Of a DNA stretch of 64,000 nucleotides, positions 38,960 through 51,335 are shown in pieces. Positions within the stretch are counted from its first letter, which is position 1. Each line of letters begins with the position of its first letter. The translations under genes and the position numbers were made by a program. The stretch is from contig NC_058368.1 of assembly GCF_018350175.1 (NCBI RefSeq), positions 38,566,001 to 38,630,000 of the forward strand, read 5' to 3'. The notes beneath the pieces are model-generated. The model had not been told where the DNA came from. It saw only the letters and a list, made by a program, of their open reading frames with translations, and made no database searches. This DNA is from Felis catus (taxonomy: Eukaryota).

Positions 38960-39416
38960 CCAACAATACCCAAATTATGGAAAGAGCCCAAATGTCCATT
39001 GACTGACAAATGGATAAAGAAGGTGTGATGTGTATATACGATGGAATATTACTCAGCCATAAAAAATGGAATGTTGCCATTTGTGATGACATGGGTGGAA
39101 CTAGAGAGTATAAACCTAGGCAAAATAAGTCAGAGAAAGATACCATATGTTTTCACCCATGAGGAATTTAAGAAACAACATGAGTGAACATAAGGGAGAA
39201 AGAGGCAAACCAAGGAATAGACTCTTCACTATAAAGAACAAATTGATGGCTTCTGGAGGATGGTGGGGGGGGGGCGGGTAAAATAGGTGATGGGGATTAA
39301 GGAAGGCACTTGTGTGAGCACTGGGTGTTATATGTGATGAGTCACCAAATTCTGCACCTGAAACTAATACTGCACTCAATGTTAACCACCTGGAATTTAA
39401 AAATTTGGAAAAAAAT
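38960..39416 (+). mobile_element. Carnivore L1 3' fragment
   Basis: 'ggaaagagcccaaatgtccattgactgac', 'ggaatattactcagccataaaaa' and L1 3' UTR. Confidence 0.9.
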
Positions 39417-41177
39417 ATTAGTGTTTGAGACAATAACAAAAATAAGGTTTTTCCCACTGCAGCTCTCCTTCATGGATTACAATCTCAAAGTACTGAAATA
39501 ACTACTTACCAAGTGATTAGAATAGCATGTATTATTAGACTCTATTATAAATGACTACTTCAGCAAGATAAATCATACCCTAAGGTAAAAAATTAATGCA
39601 ACTTTCAAAATGTCACTCTTAACTTCCTTCTTGTTTGCCCTTAGATAATATTTGATTCAGTCTGTGTTATTTGAACAAAATTCTATTCTAATACTTGAAG
39701 CGACAAATGGAATACTGAACTGGTTAGCAAATGAGAGATTTCTCCAAAGAAAAATTATATAACAGTGGAATTATAACTAATTATATGTACACATTTGAGA
39801 CATCCTAGTGTAGCTAACCAAGGAAATGTAGCAGAGCTGCTGTATTAACTGGCGTCTATTTTCTGGGTTAATCAATTAAATTATAATGTCAAGTAATATC
39901 TTGATTAACTCATGCAACTTTGTAGAAGACTTCTGTAGGGTTTATTTTATAACTCTTGAAGTCTGAACTATTTTCCTCAGTCTTTGATGAATTATTGTGT
40001 CCACTTATAAAAAAATAACAAAAAACTGTCTGCCAATGAAAGGAAGTCAGGTGTTCTAACCTTCAGTGGCTGAAACCATCTTAAGTGACCCAGAACTTTA
40101 GAAAGAACATTGGCTTTTTCCAAAAGCACTCAAAAAAAACTTCTTTAGTAAGACTGACTTTTACCCACTGCTGTACTTAATAGCTTTTGCTCTTAAGAAT
40201 CTCATGCAAAATTCATTGGATATTATGGCAGAAGGGATCATATCTGCCTAGTGTGCTGAAGGAGGAAGGGGAGTGAGAATGGGCCTTATGCTCAATGCTT
40301 TTGACACATTGCGAGTGGCACCTAGACACACAGAGCTGAGGGGGGAAAGTAAAGTCACTGGGCTTTGCAAATGAGCAATATTTCTAGAGTTGTCATATTT
40401 CATATCTATAAACGCTGATATCATGTAGTTCACTTTGTTGTGTAGACCTGAAGCAGAGCCAATTCACAGGGAAACTCGCAGGCTCAGATTGTTACAGGGA
40501 GAATATAAGGGACACATATACTTTCCCGTGAAAGGGATGGAATTAAATTCAGAGGCTGAAGGGCTATTTTTTTCCTAATGCCAGCAGACATCAAGTTAAA
40601 TTTAAATTTTCTCTTCTGCAGACCACCAAATATTTGCTGTTTGAAGTCAAAGGAATCATAAAACAAAAGGCCCACAAAGAGATAATAAAATAGTTTGGTA
40701 TATATTGTTTTATTCTCAGAATCCATTTTAAGTTTTCATAAAATGACCATCATGATGAAAAAAATGCAGTCAAGCTGAAGCTGTGCAAGAATATGGAAGA
40801 TAGTGCAATGCAGATGACAGCAAAATTCTGCTTTTTTGAAATTCCACTCTATAAGAGAGTATTGAAATAATACATTAAATGGTTTATTGCAAATGTACTT
40901 ATTTAAAAAATTGAGATCTACCTTTGGAGATCATGATATAAAATGTAGGAACAGCTACTCTAAATTTCTCTGTTGAAAGCAGTTCCATTAACACAAGAAG
41001 GAAAGTATGAAATTTGCATGCTGAAAATCACAATTTCTGTTTTTCTACGCTCTGAGTGCTAATATACAAAAAAGTTACATGGATGAATGACTTTGAATCT
41101 AGAAATGTATCTGGAGAAGAAAACATGGTGCTGTATTGCTCAAATAAGCTGAACTTTCCTACTTCTAAAATATTTTA

Positions 41178-41376
41178 GGGGTGTCTAGGTGGCTCAGTCA
41201 TTTAAGCTTCTGACTTTGGCTCAGGTCATGATCTCGTGGTTCGTGACTTTGAGTCCTGTGTTGGGGTCTTTGCTGATAGCCCAGAGCCTTCTTTGAATTC
41301 TCTCTCTCTCTCTCTCTCTGCACCTCTCCCACTTGTGCTCTTTCTCTGTCTCTCTATAAATAAACATTAACTTTTT
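41178..41376 (+). mobile_element. Can-SINE
   Basis: SINE head, (CT)n and AATAAA; TSD aaaatatttta. Confidence 0.92.
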
Positions 41377-42333
41377 AAAAATATTTTAAGGGAAGTCAGT
41401 ATTTCTTTTAGGTTCAGATTTTTTTTTCTTAAATGTGGCCAAGATGATATATGATCATTTAATAGCTTTTTTTTTTTCATACAGAGCTAGAGTATATTTA
41501 TATAAAGCATTGCAATAGAAGTTGAATATATTTAAAGAAATTACAAAAGACTACTCTTCATCTGATATCTTGCCATCAGATTCCAGTATCTTCCATGTTA
41601 AGAAAGAAATTATGTTTTGAGTTAGACCTGGGTATAAATCCTAGTTATCTTCTTGGTATGCAGTACCTCTTGATTTTTCTTAAACTTCTGTATTTCCTTT
41701 CCTTTCTCTCCATTTTTTTTTTTTTTATATTAGGCCTCACTTTACATAGTGATGTATAATGAAGAGAGATGGGTGTGGTATATTCATTAGGAGAAAAGCA
41801 ATGGCAATGAAAACTGAAAAAAGGAATCATATTCAAGAGACATTTATGAGGAAGTGTTCATAAATAGTTCTAAGTGTTCTAAATAGTTTTCATTTTTCTC
41901 TCCAGCAGCCCCTTCTCCTGTCACTCTTATTTTTATCAGTTACCTGGATTATGCTTCTTTGGAGTAAACACATATTTATCTTCTGTTCTTTCCTTCTTAT
42001 TCACCCAAACATCATGCAATCTGTTACTAGTTGATATAGTCTGTAACATGTTTCTTTAATGTTGGCAAATTTGCACTTTTTTTCAATCTTAGTTTCTTGA
42101 ATTTGATATTACTTATAAGCTAATAAGTTTGTTACTATTTCATGTGAAGGACACTTGATTGTGTGAGTATTGTTTCCATCTATTCAGAGTATCATGAGGA
42201 CAGTGCAGAGCAACTCAAGTGGAAGCTGTGTATGCAGTGGTCCTGGGTCATAGCTGAGGAACCCTCAGCTTACAGAAGTGACTGTATTAATAGGAAGCAG
42301 TAAGCAAGTTTCTTCTTTGTCCCTAATGGAGAC

Positions 42334-42672
42334 TGCCTCAGTCTGTTTGGGCTGCTATAATAAAGTACCACAGACTGAGTAACTTATAAAGAGCAGGAAT
42401 TTATTTCTCATAGCTCTAAGAGTAGAAGTTTGAGCTCAGAGTGCCAGCAAGGTCTGATTCTAATGAAAGCCTGCTTCTAGGTTGCAAACTGCCATTTTGT
42501 CTGTATCTCACATGGTGGAGATGCAGATGCTCTTTTTCTCTTCTTATAAGGACACATCCCTTCACTGGGGCCACAACCTCATGACCAAGTGATCTTCCAA
42601 AGGCCCCATATCCCAATACTGTCATGTTGGGAGTTAGGATTTCAAAATATAAATATTGGACAGTCCATAACA
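42334..42672 (-). mobile_element. MLT1A-like MaLR solo LTR
   Basis: tgcctcagtctgtttgggctgctataataaagtaccacagactg...cagtccataaca; 5-bp TSD gagac / gaaac. Confidence 0.85.
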
Positions 42673-43785
42673 GAAACATTGTCTCAGTGTTCAAGGTCTG
42701 CCACTGGAAAAAACCCTGAGAAATGGCCCAGGTGTAGAGCATGTTCGGGGCTTATAGTTCTTGGCATACTCAGCACCTAGAACGGACTTCATTGGCATGC
42801 AACCTATGCAGTCACGTAGAGCCCTGTTGCGTGAAGTGCCTTGTGTTTGTTTTTGTTTTTGCATTCATTCCTATAAGTTATTTATCTGGTCTTGCTTGTT
42901 AAGATCTTAATGGAATACGCAGCACCTATGCCAGATTGCCTTTCCCAACAGCCATCACCCTGGATCAAGTTTTCAATCACTTCTACCTTAATTAATATTA
43001 CGAAGATTTTTAGTAGTTTTTTTTTTCCTTGTAGTTTTGTCCTCCTGTACAGTGCTGTTAAACTAAATTCCAAATTCAGTTGTGAATATTGCTTGCGAAT
43101 CCATTATCCTTGGATTTCAAATGTTACCTAATATCACCCAATCTGTTTCTTTACTGTAAACACACAGGAGAAATCTATTTCAGTAATACACAACTACTCT
43201 GTTTTCCTTGAACATAATTCTTTCTGCATTACTTCACATATTCCTAAGAGCAGAGACTGAAATAGGATTAGACATATATGAGATTCAGTGGGAGAACTGC
43301 CTCCGAGAGACAAGTGAGAAGGAACTGGAAAAGGCGGGAAAAATCATTAGACTTTTTGTGCATCTGAACACTTAACATATCCCTATTAAGTTCCATCTAT
43401 TTTTTTAACGTCTATTACTTTGCGAAGCTTCCAAAATTAATTGGCTGTACATAATTTTCCTTTGAAAGATCATAATTCTTCTAACTGTACACACACAAAT
43501 GCACACAATAGGACAAATTTAGTCTCTCAAAGTCGCAAATTTGCACTTTGTTTCAATTTTGGCATCTTGAATTTTATATTTCTTACCAGCTAATAAGTTT
43601 GTTAGTGTTATGTGTGCTGGTAGAAACATAAACTCTTGATTGTGTAAGCATTGTGTTTGCATCTATTCATGTAGTTTCATGGGGACACTGCAGAGCAACT
43701 CAAGTGGAGTTGTTTGTGTAACTGTACACAAATGCACACGATAATAGGACAAATTTGATTTCAGTAGTTAAGATATGGATATAGC

Positions 43786-43976
43786 TTTTTTGTGTTTATT
43801 TTTTGAGAGAGCCAGAGAGAATAAGCCAGGGAGGTGCAGAGAGAGAGAGGGAGAGAGAAATCTGCTGTGCTGTCTGCACAGAGCCCAATGCAGGCTTGAA
43901 CTCATGAATCTGGAGATCATGACCTGAGCTGAAACCAAGAGTCAGTCGCTTAACTGACTGAGTCACCCAGGTGCCC
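43786..43976 (-). mobile_element. Can-SINE
   Basis: Reverse body ending ggtgccc. Confidence 0.9.
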
Positions 43977-44036
43977 TTTAACAAGTATTTTATAATGCCA
44001 TCTTTACTATTGTGAAATGAGTTTCAAAGATAGTAG

Positions 44037-44175
44037 AGCTTCATGGGTTGGAGGCCTGCATCGGACTCTGTGCTGACAGCTCAGAGCCTGGAGCCTGCTT
44101 TGGATTCTCTGTCTCCTCTCTCTGCCCTTCCCCTGCTCATTTTCTGTCTCTCTCTCAAAAATAAACATGAAAACA
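44037..44175 (+). mobile_element. 5'-truncated Can-SINE
   Basis: 3' half of the SINE body and AATAAA; flanking tttcaaaga repeat. Confidence 0.85.
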
Positions 44176-44513
44176 TTTTTTTTCAAAGAGCATATAGCTT
44201 ATGTACACATGGAACTTAGAAACATTTTATAGTTATAAGGAAAAAAAATGAAAAACCTAATTCTACTTATATTATTTCAATAAAATAATATTGAAAACAC
44301 AAAATGATTGCAACTGATACATAAAATAATGTATAAATGGTCAAATATAACATTACGAGAAGATTTATATCCTTAGATACACCTCTGCCTAGATGTAATA
44401 GCTACAGATGCAGACTACATATTGTGTTGAAATATAAAATAACATTGATATTTGATCAAGTAACTTTCAAAATATTGAACAGTGTTTGGAAAATTTCTTT
44501 AAAAAAGCAGAAT

Positions 44514-46566
44514 ACAACTATTAGAACTGATAAATGAATTCAGGAAGGTCCTAGGATACAAAATCAATATACAGAAATCCAATGCATTTCTAGACACTAA
44601 TAATGAAGCAGCAGAAAGGGAAATTATGAAAACTATCACATTTACAATTGAACCCCAAATAATAAAATACCTAGGAATAAACTTAACTGAGGAGATGAAA
44701 CACCTGTACTCTGAAAACTATAAGATGAGGGGCTGCTTGGGTGGCTCAGTTGATTGAGCATCTGACTTTGGCTCATGTCGTGATCTCATGGTTTGTGAGT
44801 TCGAGCCCTGCATCAGGCTTGCTGTCAGCTCACAGTCCACTTTGGATCCTCTGTCCTCCTCTCTCTTTCTGCCCCTCCCCACTTAGCACTTTTTCTCTTT
44901 CTCAAAAATATAAACATTAAAAAAATAAGATGACACAAATGGGAAGCTACTCCATGCTCATGAATTGGAAGAATATTGTTAAAACGTCTCTCCTACCCAA
45001 AGCAGTCTACTGATTTAATGCAATCTCTATCAAATACCAGCAGCATTTTTCACAGAACTAGAACCCATAATCCTAAAACTTGTACAGAACCACAAAAGAC
45101 CCTGAAAAGCCAAAGCGATCTTGAAAAAGAAAACCAAAACTGGAGGTATCACGAACCCAGATTTCAAAATATACTGCAAAGGTGTAGTAATGAAAACAGT
45201 AAAAGTATGGGCAGAAAAATTGACCCAAAGATCAATGGAAGAGAATAGAGAGCCTAGAAATAAACACACAATTATGTGGTCAATTAATCTTTGACACAGA
45301 AGTCAAGAATATACAATGGGAAAAAGTCTTCAACAAATTGCGTCTGGAAAACTGGACAGCTACTTGCCCAAGAATGAAACTGTGCACTCAACACCACACA
45401 AAACATAAAATGGATTAATGATTTAAATGTGAGACCTAAAAATCATAAAAATCCTAAAAGAGCACAAGCAATAATTCCTCTGACATGGGCTGTAGCAACA
45501 TTTTTCTAGATATGTCTCATGGAGTAAGGGAAATAATAAAAACTATTGGGGCTACATCAAAATAAAAAGCTTCTGCACAGCAAAGATAACAATCAAGAAA
45601 ACTAAAAGCTTACTACATGGGAGAAGATATTTGCTAATGACACATCTGATAAAGAGTATCAAAAAATTGTAAAGAACTTCCTCAATATTACCCCTGACAC
45701 AAAATAATCCAATTAAAAAAATGGGCAGAAGACATGAACAGACATTTCTCCAAAGAGGACATACAGATAGAAAACAGACATGTGAAAAGATGCTCAATAT
45801 CACTCATCATTAGGGAAATGCAAATCAGAATCATAATGAGATATCATTCACATCTGTCAGAGTGGCTAAAATCAAAAACGTAAGAAACAGGATTGGTGAG
45901 GATGTGGAGAAAAAGGAACACTCTTGCACTGTTGGTGGGAATGTAAGCTCGTGTGGCCACCATGGAAAACAGTATGGAGGTTTCTCAAAAAATTAGAATT
46001 AACATGATGCAGTAATTCCACTACTGGGTATTTACCCAAAGAATACGAAAGCACTAATTTGAAAAAAATATATGCACCCCTGTGTTTATGGTTGCATTAT
46101 GTACAATAGCTAAATGATGGAAGCAGCCCAAATGTCCATTGATAGAGGAATGATTAAATAAAGAAGTGGTTTGTATATACAATAGAATACTACTCACCCA
46201 TAAAAAAGAATGAAATCTGGCCATTTGCAACAATCTGGATGGATCTAGAGAGTATCATGCTAAGTGAAATAGTTAATCAGAGAAAGACAAAAAGATTATT
46301 TTACTCATACGTGGAATTTAAGAAACCAAAGGAACAGGATAAAAAGACAAACCAAAAAACAGACTGGTAAATATAAAGAACAAACAGTTATCAGAGGAGA
46401 GATTGGTGGGGGAATGGGTGAAATGGGTGATGAAGATTAAGAGTATACTTATCACGATGACCAAGGAGTAATGTATAGAATTGTTGAATCACTATATTCT
46501 ACTCATGACGCTAATTTGACACTCTGTGTTATATTGGGATTAAAGAAATTAAAAAAAAAAAAAAAA
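44514..46566 (+). mobile_element. 5'-truncated carnivore L1 (ORF2 3' half and 3' UTR), interrupted by a SINE
   Basis: Degenerate ORF2 motifs ([17 protein letters not shown], 'ctcttgcactgttggtgggaatgtaa'); poly(A) ending at 46566. Confidence 0.95.
44729..44925 (+). mobile_element. Can-SINE within L1
   Basis: SINE head and tail; TSD taagatga. Confidence 0.93.
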
Positions 46567-46699
46567 CCTCTTCATTTGGCATAAATGGTAGTTACATTTC
46601 TAGGAAATAGGGAGTATTTAAAACTGAAAAATTATTTTTGTGTTAAATATTGGGTCCTAGGCTCAGATGACTTAGCCTATTTATTGTATCCACTAATAT

Positions 46700-46880
46700 A
46701 TGGTGAGATATTTGGAAGTAGTGTGGAATGTGAAGAAATTCTTCACTAATGACAGGCATCTAAGCATTGTAGGATGCCTAATATCTCTGACCACGCTCAT
46801 TAAATGTTAGTAGGTTCCCATCATTATTCTCAAATGTCCCATGTGTGGGAACTGTCCCATGCAAACAATTATTTAGAGCA
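46700..46880. mobile_element. Possible hAT-Charlie MITE (MER20/MER3-like)
   Basis: 'gcattgtaggatgcctaatatctctgaccac..cattaaatgttagtag...caaatgtccc'. Confidence 0.45.
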
Positions 46881-47319
46881 TTGACCGTAGAGATGCTGCT
46901 TTCCTAATATAGTAGAGGAGCTGTTCCAGATATGCCTGGAACAAAGGGCCAGCATTATTTTATGGTTGTGAGAGCTGAAGTAGCTCAATATAACAGTAAA
47001 TCTGTGTGATGGAACAACAACAGAAAAGACAGGGGTGATAAATGGGTGTTGTATCTCTACTTTTTTGATGGTGAGAAATTTCTAACTAAAATGTGTCTCA
47101 TGAAAGAAGATAAAATGTCATCATACTTCTAAGTAATTTCCCATTCATGGTTAATTTATCTAGTTTCCTTATTACTCTATATCTTGAGTCTCCTTTTCTG
47201 GTCACCCAGGCTTGTATGTGTTCTTAGTAAACAAAAGTTAATTTCCAGATGTTTTCTTCCTAGGTATCCATTACCAATCAGCTTATTTACATTTTTGCCT
47301 AGGAGTAGAGCCAAGTGTA

Positions 47320-47507
47320 TTTTTCTTTCTTTTTTTTCCCCCTCAAGTTTACTAGTGCGCGCACTCAAGCATGCACATGTGCGCAAGAGGGGGAGGGGCA
47401 GAGACAGGGAGAGAGCATCTCAGGCAGGCTCAGTGTCAGGAACCATGAGATCATGACCTGAGCTGAAGTCAAGAGACGCTTAACCAGCTAAGCCACCTAG
47501 GTGCCCC
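47320..47507 (-). mobile_element. Can-SINE with an internal deletion
   Basis: Reverse body ending ggtgcccc. Confidence 0.85.
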
Positions 47508-48180
47508 TCATTCTTATTTTTTAACCTTACCATTTTTAAAGATCAGAACATTCCCCACTCTCCACTTAAAACACTTGTTTTTTAAACAACACCTTCTCTA
47601 TGATTTCTTTTACATGTCTATTATCAGTCAGGAATGAAAAAAAAATTAACAGATTTAAATGGGATAGGATGCTTTTATAATTGTTTTTCCCATAGAGAGC
47701 TTTAGGGCTCTATTATCAGTATCTGTTGTTTCCAATTCAGAAATTGTTCCCCTTGGTGTAGGAGGAAATTAAGTGATTAATTACATATATTTATTTATTT
47801 TTTCATATGAAAACTATAGGGGACAGACTTTGTGAATCCTATATACAAATTTTTATATAAAACACAAAACTATGTGAAAGTTTCACTGAAGTAGTAAAAA
47901 CTGAAATGAGTCACTTGTTGAGGGTAATTACTGAAAAATTTCAATTAAAAATTGACATTTATGAGTTATTGTATGTCATCAATAGTTGAAATTGTAACAT
48001 CAAGTTACTTCTAAGAGAAAAAAAAGCTTTATAAAAATAGCTTTTTAGATCTAAAGTAAATACATTTTAGAAAAAAGGGAAAAATGATATACTTCATACA
48101 TTTTAGAAATTTCCTATTCATATTATTCATGATGATGATAGACTTGGAAAACAGGCATACATTATTTTTTTAATATAAGA

Positions 48181-48355
48181 TATATCAGTTAATAATGCCC
48201 TTGGCTTCAAGGAATGCATGCATGACCAATACTAGCTTAAACCAAAAAGCAATTGCCTTTCTCGTACATGAACAAATCCAGAAGTTGGTTGGTGGTGGTG
48301 GTTGGCTGCTCCAAGGCGCCATCAGGGATCATCTCCTTTTGTCTTTCTGCCATGT
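48181..48355 (-). mobile_element. Old MaLR fragment (MLT1K/L-like)
   Basis: 'tatcagtta...ttggcttcaagga...gcttaaacc...ggcgccatcaggga'. Confidence 0.45.
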
Positions 48356-48969
48356 TATCAGTAGTTGTTATCAGTAGATAACTACATGTTAACCACAGTA
48401 GTTATCAGTGGTTGTTACTTTACAATGAAGTGACAATAAGAGTGCCACTGTTGCATGATTTATGCAGATAACTGATAACTTCCGCATTGCCCAAATGTCC
48501 ATGGCATGAATTTCTGTATTTATTGTTAAGAAACACAGCAGGATAAAAACCACCAGTTTAATTGCTATGATTTATTTGTTCATAAATAGTGACCTGAGTT
48601 TAAGAAATTGCCTTAATTATTGTGATTTATGCTACTGTTTTATAGAATTACTCATCTGATTACAATTTATTGGGGGTTTTCATGAAGGTAAAAATTGTGT
48701 GGATTTATAAAGTAGAAGTTAATACTATATTAATACTTTTAAGACTATTACTATATGTTTTCCAAAGTATAAAGAAAAGGGAAAATTCATGTTTGATTCT
48801 AAGAAGTTTATCTTAGGTCACATTTATTCAAACTTAAATTTACAACTAAGCTTAATTTTAAATGTGCACCAACATTGTGTTTCACTTTGGCTTTAAAATT
48901 TAGGCACTCTTGTTACAGTACTCCCAAGACTGTTTGCTAAAGAGTTTTCAACAAAATGTATTTAAGTTT

Positions 48970-49198
48970 TTTTTTTTTTTTTTAAATTTTTTTTTCAACG
49001 TTTATTTATTTTTGGGACAGAGAGAGACAGAGCATGAACGGGGGAGGGGCAGAGAGAGAGGGAGACACAGAATCGGAAACAGGCTCCAGGCTCCGAGCCA
49101 TCAGCCCAGAGCCTGACACGGGGCTCGAACTCCCGGACCGCGAGATCGTGACCTGGCTGAAGTCGGACGCTTAACCGACTGCGCCACCCAGGCACCCC
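48970..49198 (-). mobile_element. Young felid Can-SINE
   Basis: CpG-intact body; TSD taagtttt. Confidence 0.97.
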
Positions 49199-51081
49199 AT
49201 AAGTTTTAACTAAAATGTGTTACTACATTTTTATGCTTCCTCGAGGGAACAAAGTTAACATTGTTTTGCAGTTAACCTGTAGTCTTGTCTTCAGAGATGG
49301 TTCCTTGAAATGATAAACTAGGTTTATTCCACAAATTATTTTCATTTGGTGTAATGAACTGAAATGTATTTAAAGCTTCTTTGAAGATGAAACTGTGATG
49401 TGCTTTAAATGTCTCATAGACATAGATTATTAACACGTTTGAAGACAATTTAAATATCCAAATTTAGGAAGTGGTTTTACATAAACTAGTGTAGTATAGT
49501 ATAGTATAGTATAAGAAATTATTACACTCTGTTAAGTGTAATAATAATTACACTTAAGAATAAAAGTACAAATAAATAAAAGTGTTATTATAAAGTGTTA
49601 AGAATAAAAGTACAAATCAGCTATTAACTCAAGGATATTAACCAAATTGTGGATTAACTATAATACAAATTTAATCCAGTGTTGGTTTTTAGCTTCTAAA
49701 AGAGGTTTTAATTTACTGTGATCTCAGAAAATAAATAATAGTAATTTAAATGTTAACATAACTCATACATATTTAGGAAAATAACTGCAGCTAAAATATT
49801 TATATGAACTAGTGTTATTAACAAACCTTAATAGAAAGTTTCCCAAGGGTGATTCAGACAATAATTGGGGCACAGTTTTCAGATGGGATCCAAGTGGGAG
49901 TTGTAAAATCTAATAGAAATCTGAATATGGAAAACTGTTGAGAGAGTCTAGTCAGTTTTATAATACCATGCCCTGCCACTCTGGGAGAGTATATTAAGCA
50001 ATGCCATAATTTATTGAAATCATTGTAATATATTTAGAACTGGTCCCACGACTATACAGTAGTTTATAGTATCTGAATATATGATTTCACTTATTGTTAC
50101 ATGGATATTTGTTTTCCCAAATAATGAAGATTCTGAGTAGGACTATGAAGATAAATTATTCCCTTGAAGCATTATGCAAGAAAATAATTGCTAGTAGCTT
50201 TTTGTTTTGTTCTTAAAGTGAAGATGTTGTTATAATATTTCCTTTACAGAATTCTAGAAGAATTGATAGAGGTTTTCTATGAGAGATAAAACGATTAGGA
50301 ACTAGCCATTCTCCTTGAGATTCTGGAAATTTAGAGCGTGTGAATTCAGCCCATTGCACCAGGTGCCATATATAAAACACAGTGATTTCTGGCCCAAATA
50401 TCATTCACTTTCTTGTAAATTTCTGTAAGAGAGGATGAATAGTGGTAGAATTTCTGAGTGGTAATGTAGATATTTATTTACAGCCTTGCTGGGACTTAAG
50501 AAAAAGGAATATCTAGATGAATGGAATGGCTCATATTCTAGTAACTTTTGGGAACTCACATAAATTAAAATTATGCATTATAATTCAACCTTCAAATTCC
50601 AAGAAGTGTCTGAGAGTATGTAAACTGAAAAAGGCACTCTCTCTTTTCCTCTCATCCTTCCCTTTCTTCATACAAGTGTTTTTTTTTTAATGTTGGAATT
50701 CCAAAAATCCCTGTTCTATTTTTTATATGTTGGAATTCTAAAAATCCCTGTCCTTTGTCTTCTTCTACTCTACACACCTGACTTGTACAGTCAAGTGTAT
50801 TACATGAGTCACAAAGTAAATCCCCCATTCTAGGATCTTTTGTGAACTGTGACACCATACATGGGCGATTTTCGATTAAACACATTTCTTACAATAAAAT
50901 ATATATATTTTTAGAAATCACATTGAAAAGTTTTTAATGTGTTAGTATCATTGATAGGTTAAATGTGTAGACTTCAGAGGCATACTGCCATTGAATTATA
51001 GAAAAAAATGGCTTTTTTCATGGTCAAGTCTTTCTGAGCAAAAAAAAAATTGCAGATTGAGAATGTCTCTTTTTCCTTAGA

Positions 51082-51335
51082 AACATTTGCTTATGACATT
51101 CTAAGGTGATAGACATATCAGAGCCATGCCACATTTACTACATGACAGACATAATTCTATCTTAGTAAATACAAAATTCTCATAAAATCCTGTAAGATTA
51201 ATATTCTTATCCACATTTATGAGACAGGAAAAGCACAGTATTATGCAACTTTCCTAATGTTACACAGCAGTAGGAGAAAGACCTGGAATCTGAACACAGC
51301 AGCCTTGGTTTGAAGGTCAAACATTAGTGTACTAG
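51082..51335 (-). mobile_element. MIR relic
   Basis: 'caactttcctaatgttacacagcagtagg...ggaatctgaacacagcag'. Confidence 0.6.

Noticed and set aside
40752..40830. C/D box snoRNA (ATGATGA ... CTGA)
   Set aside because: The CTGA is too close to the C box; no terminal D box or closing stem
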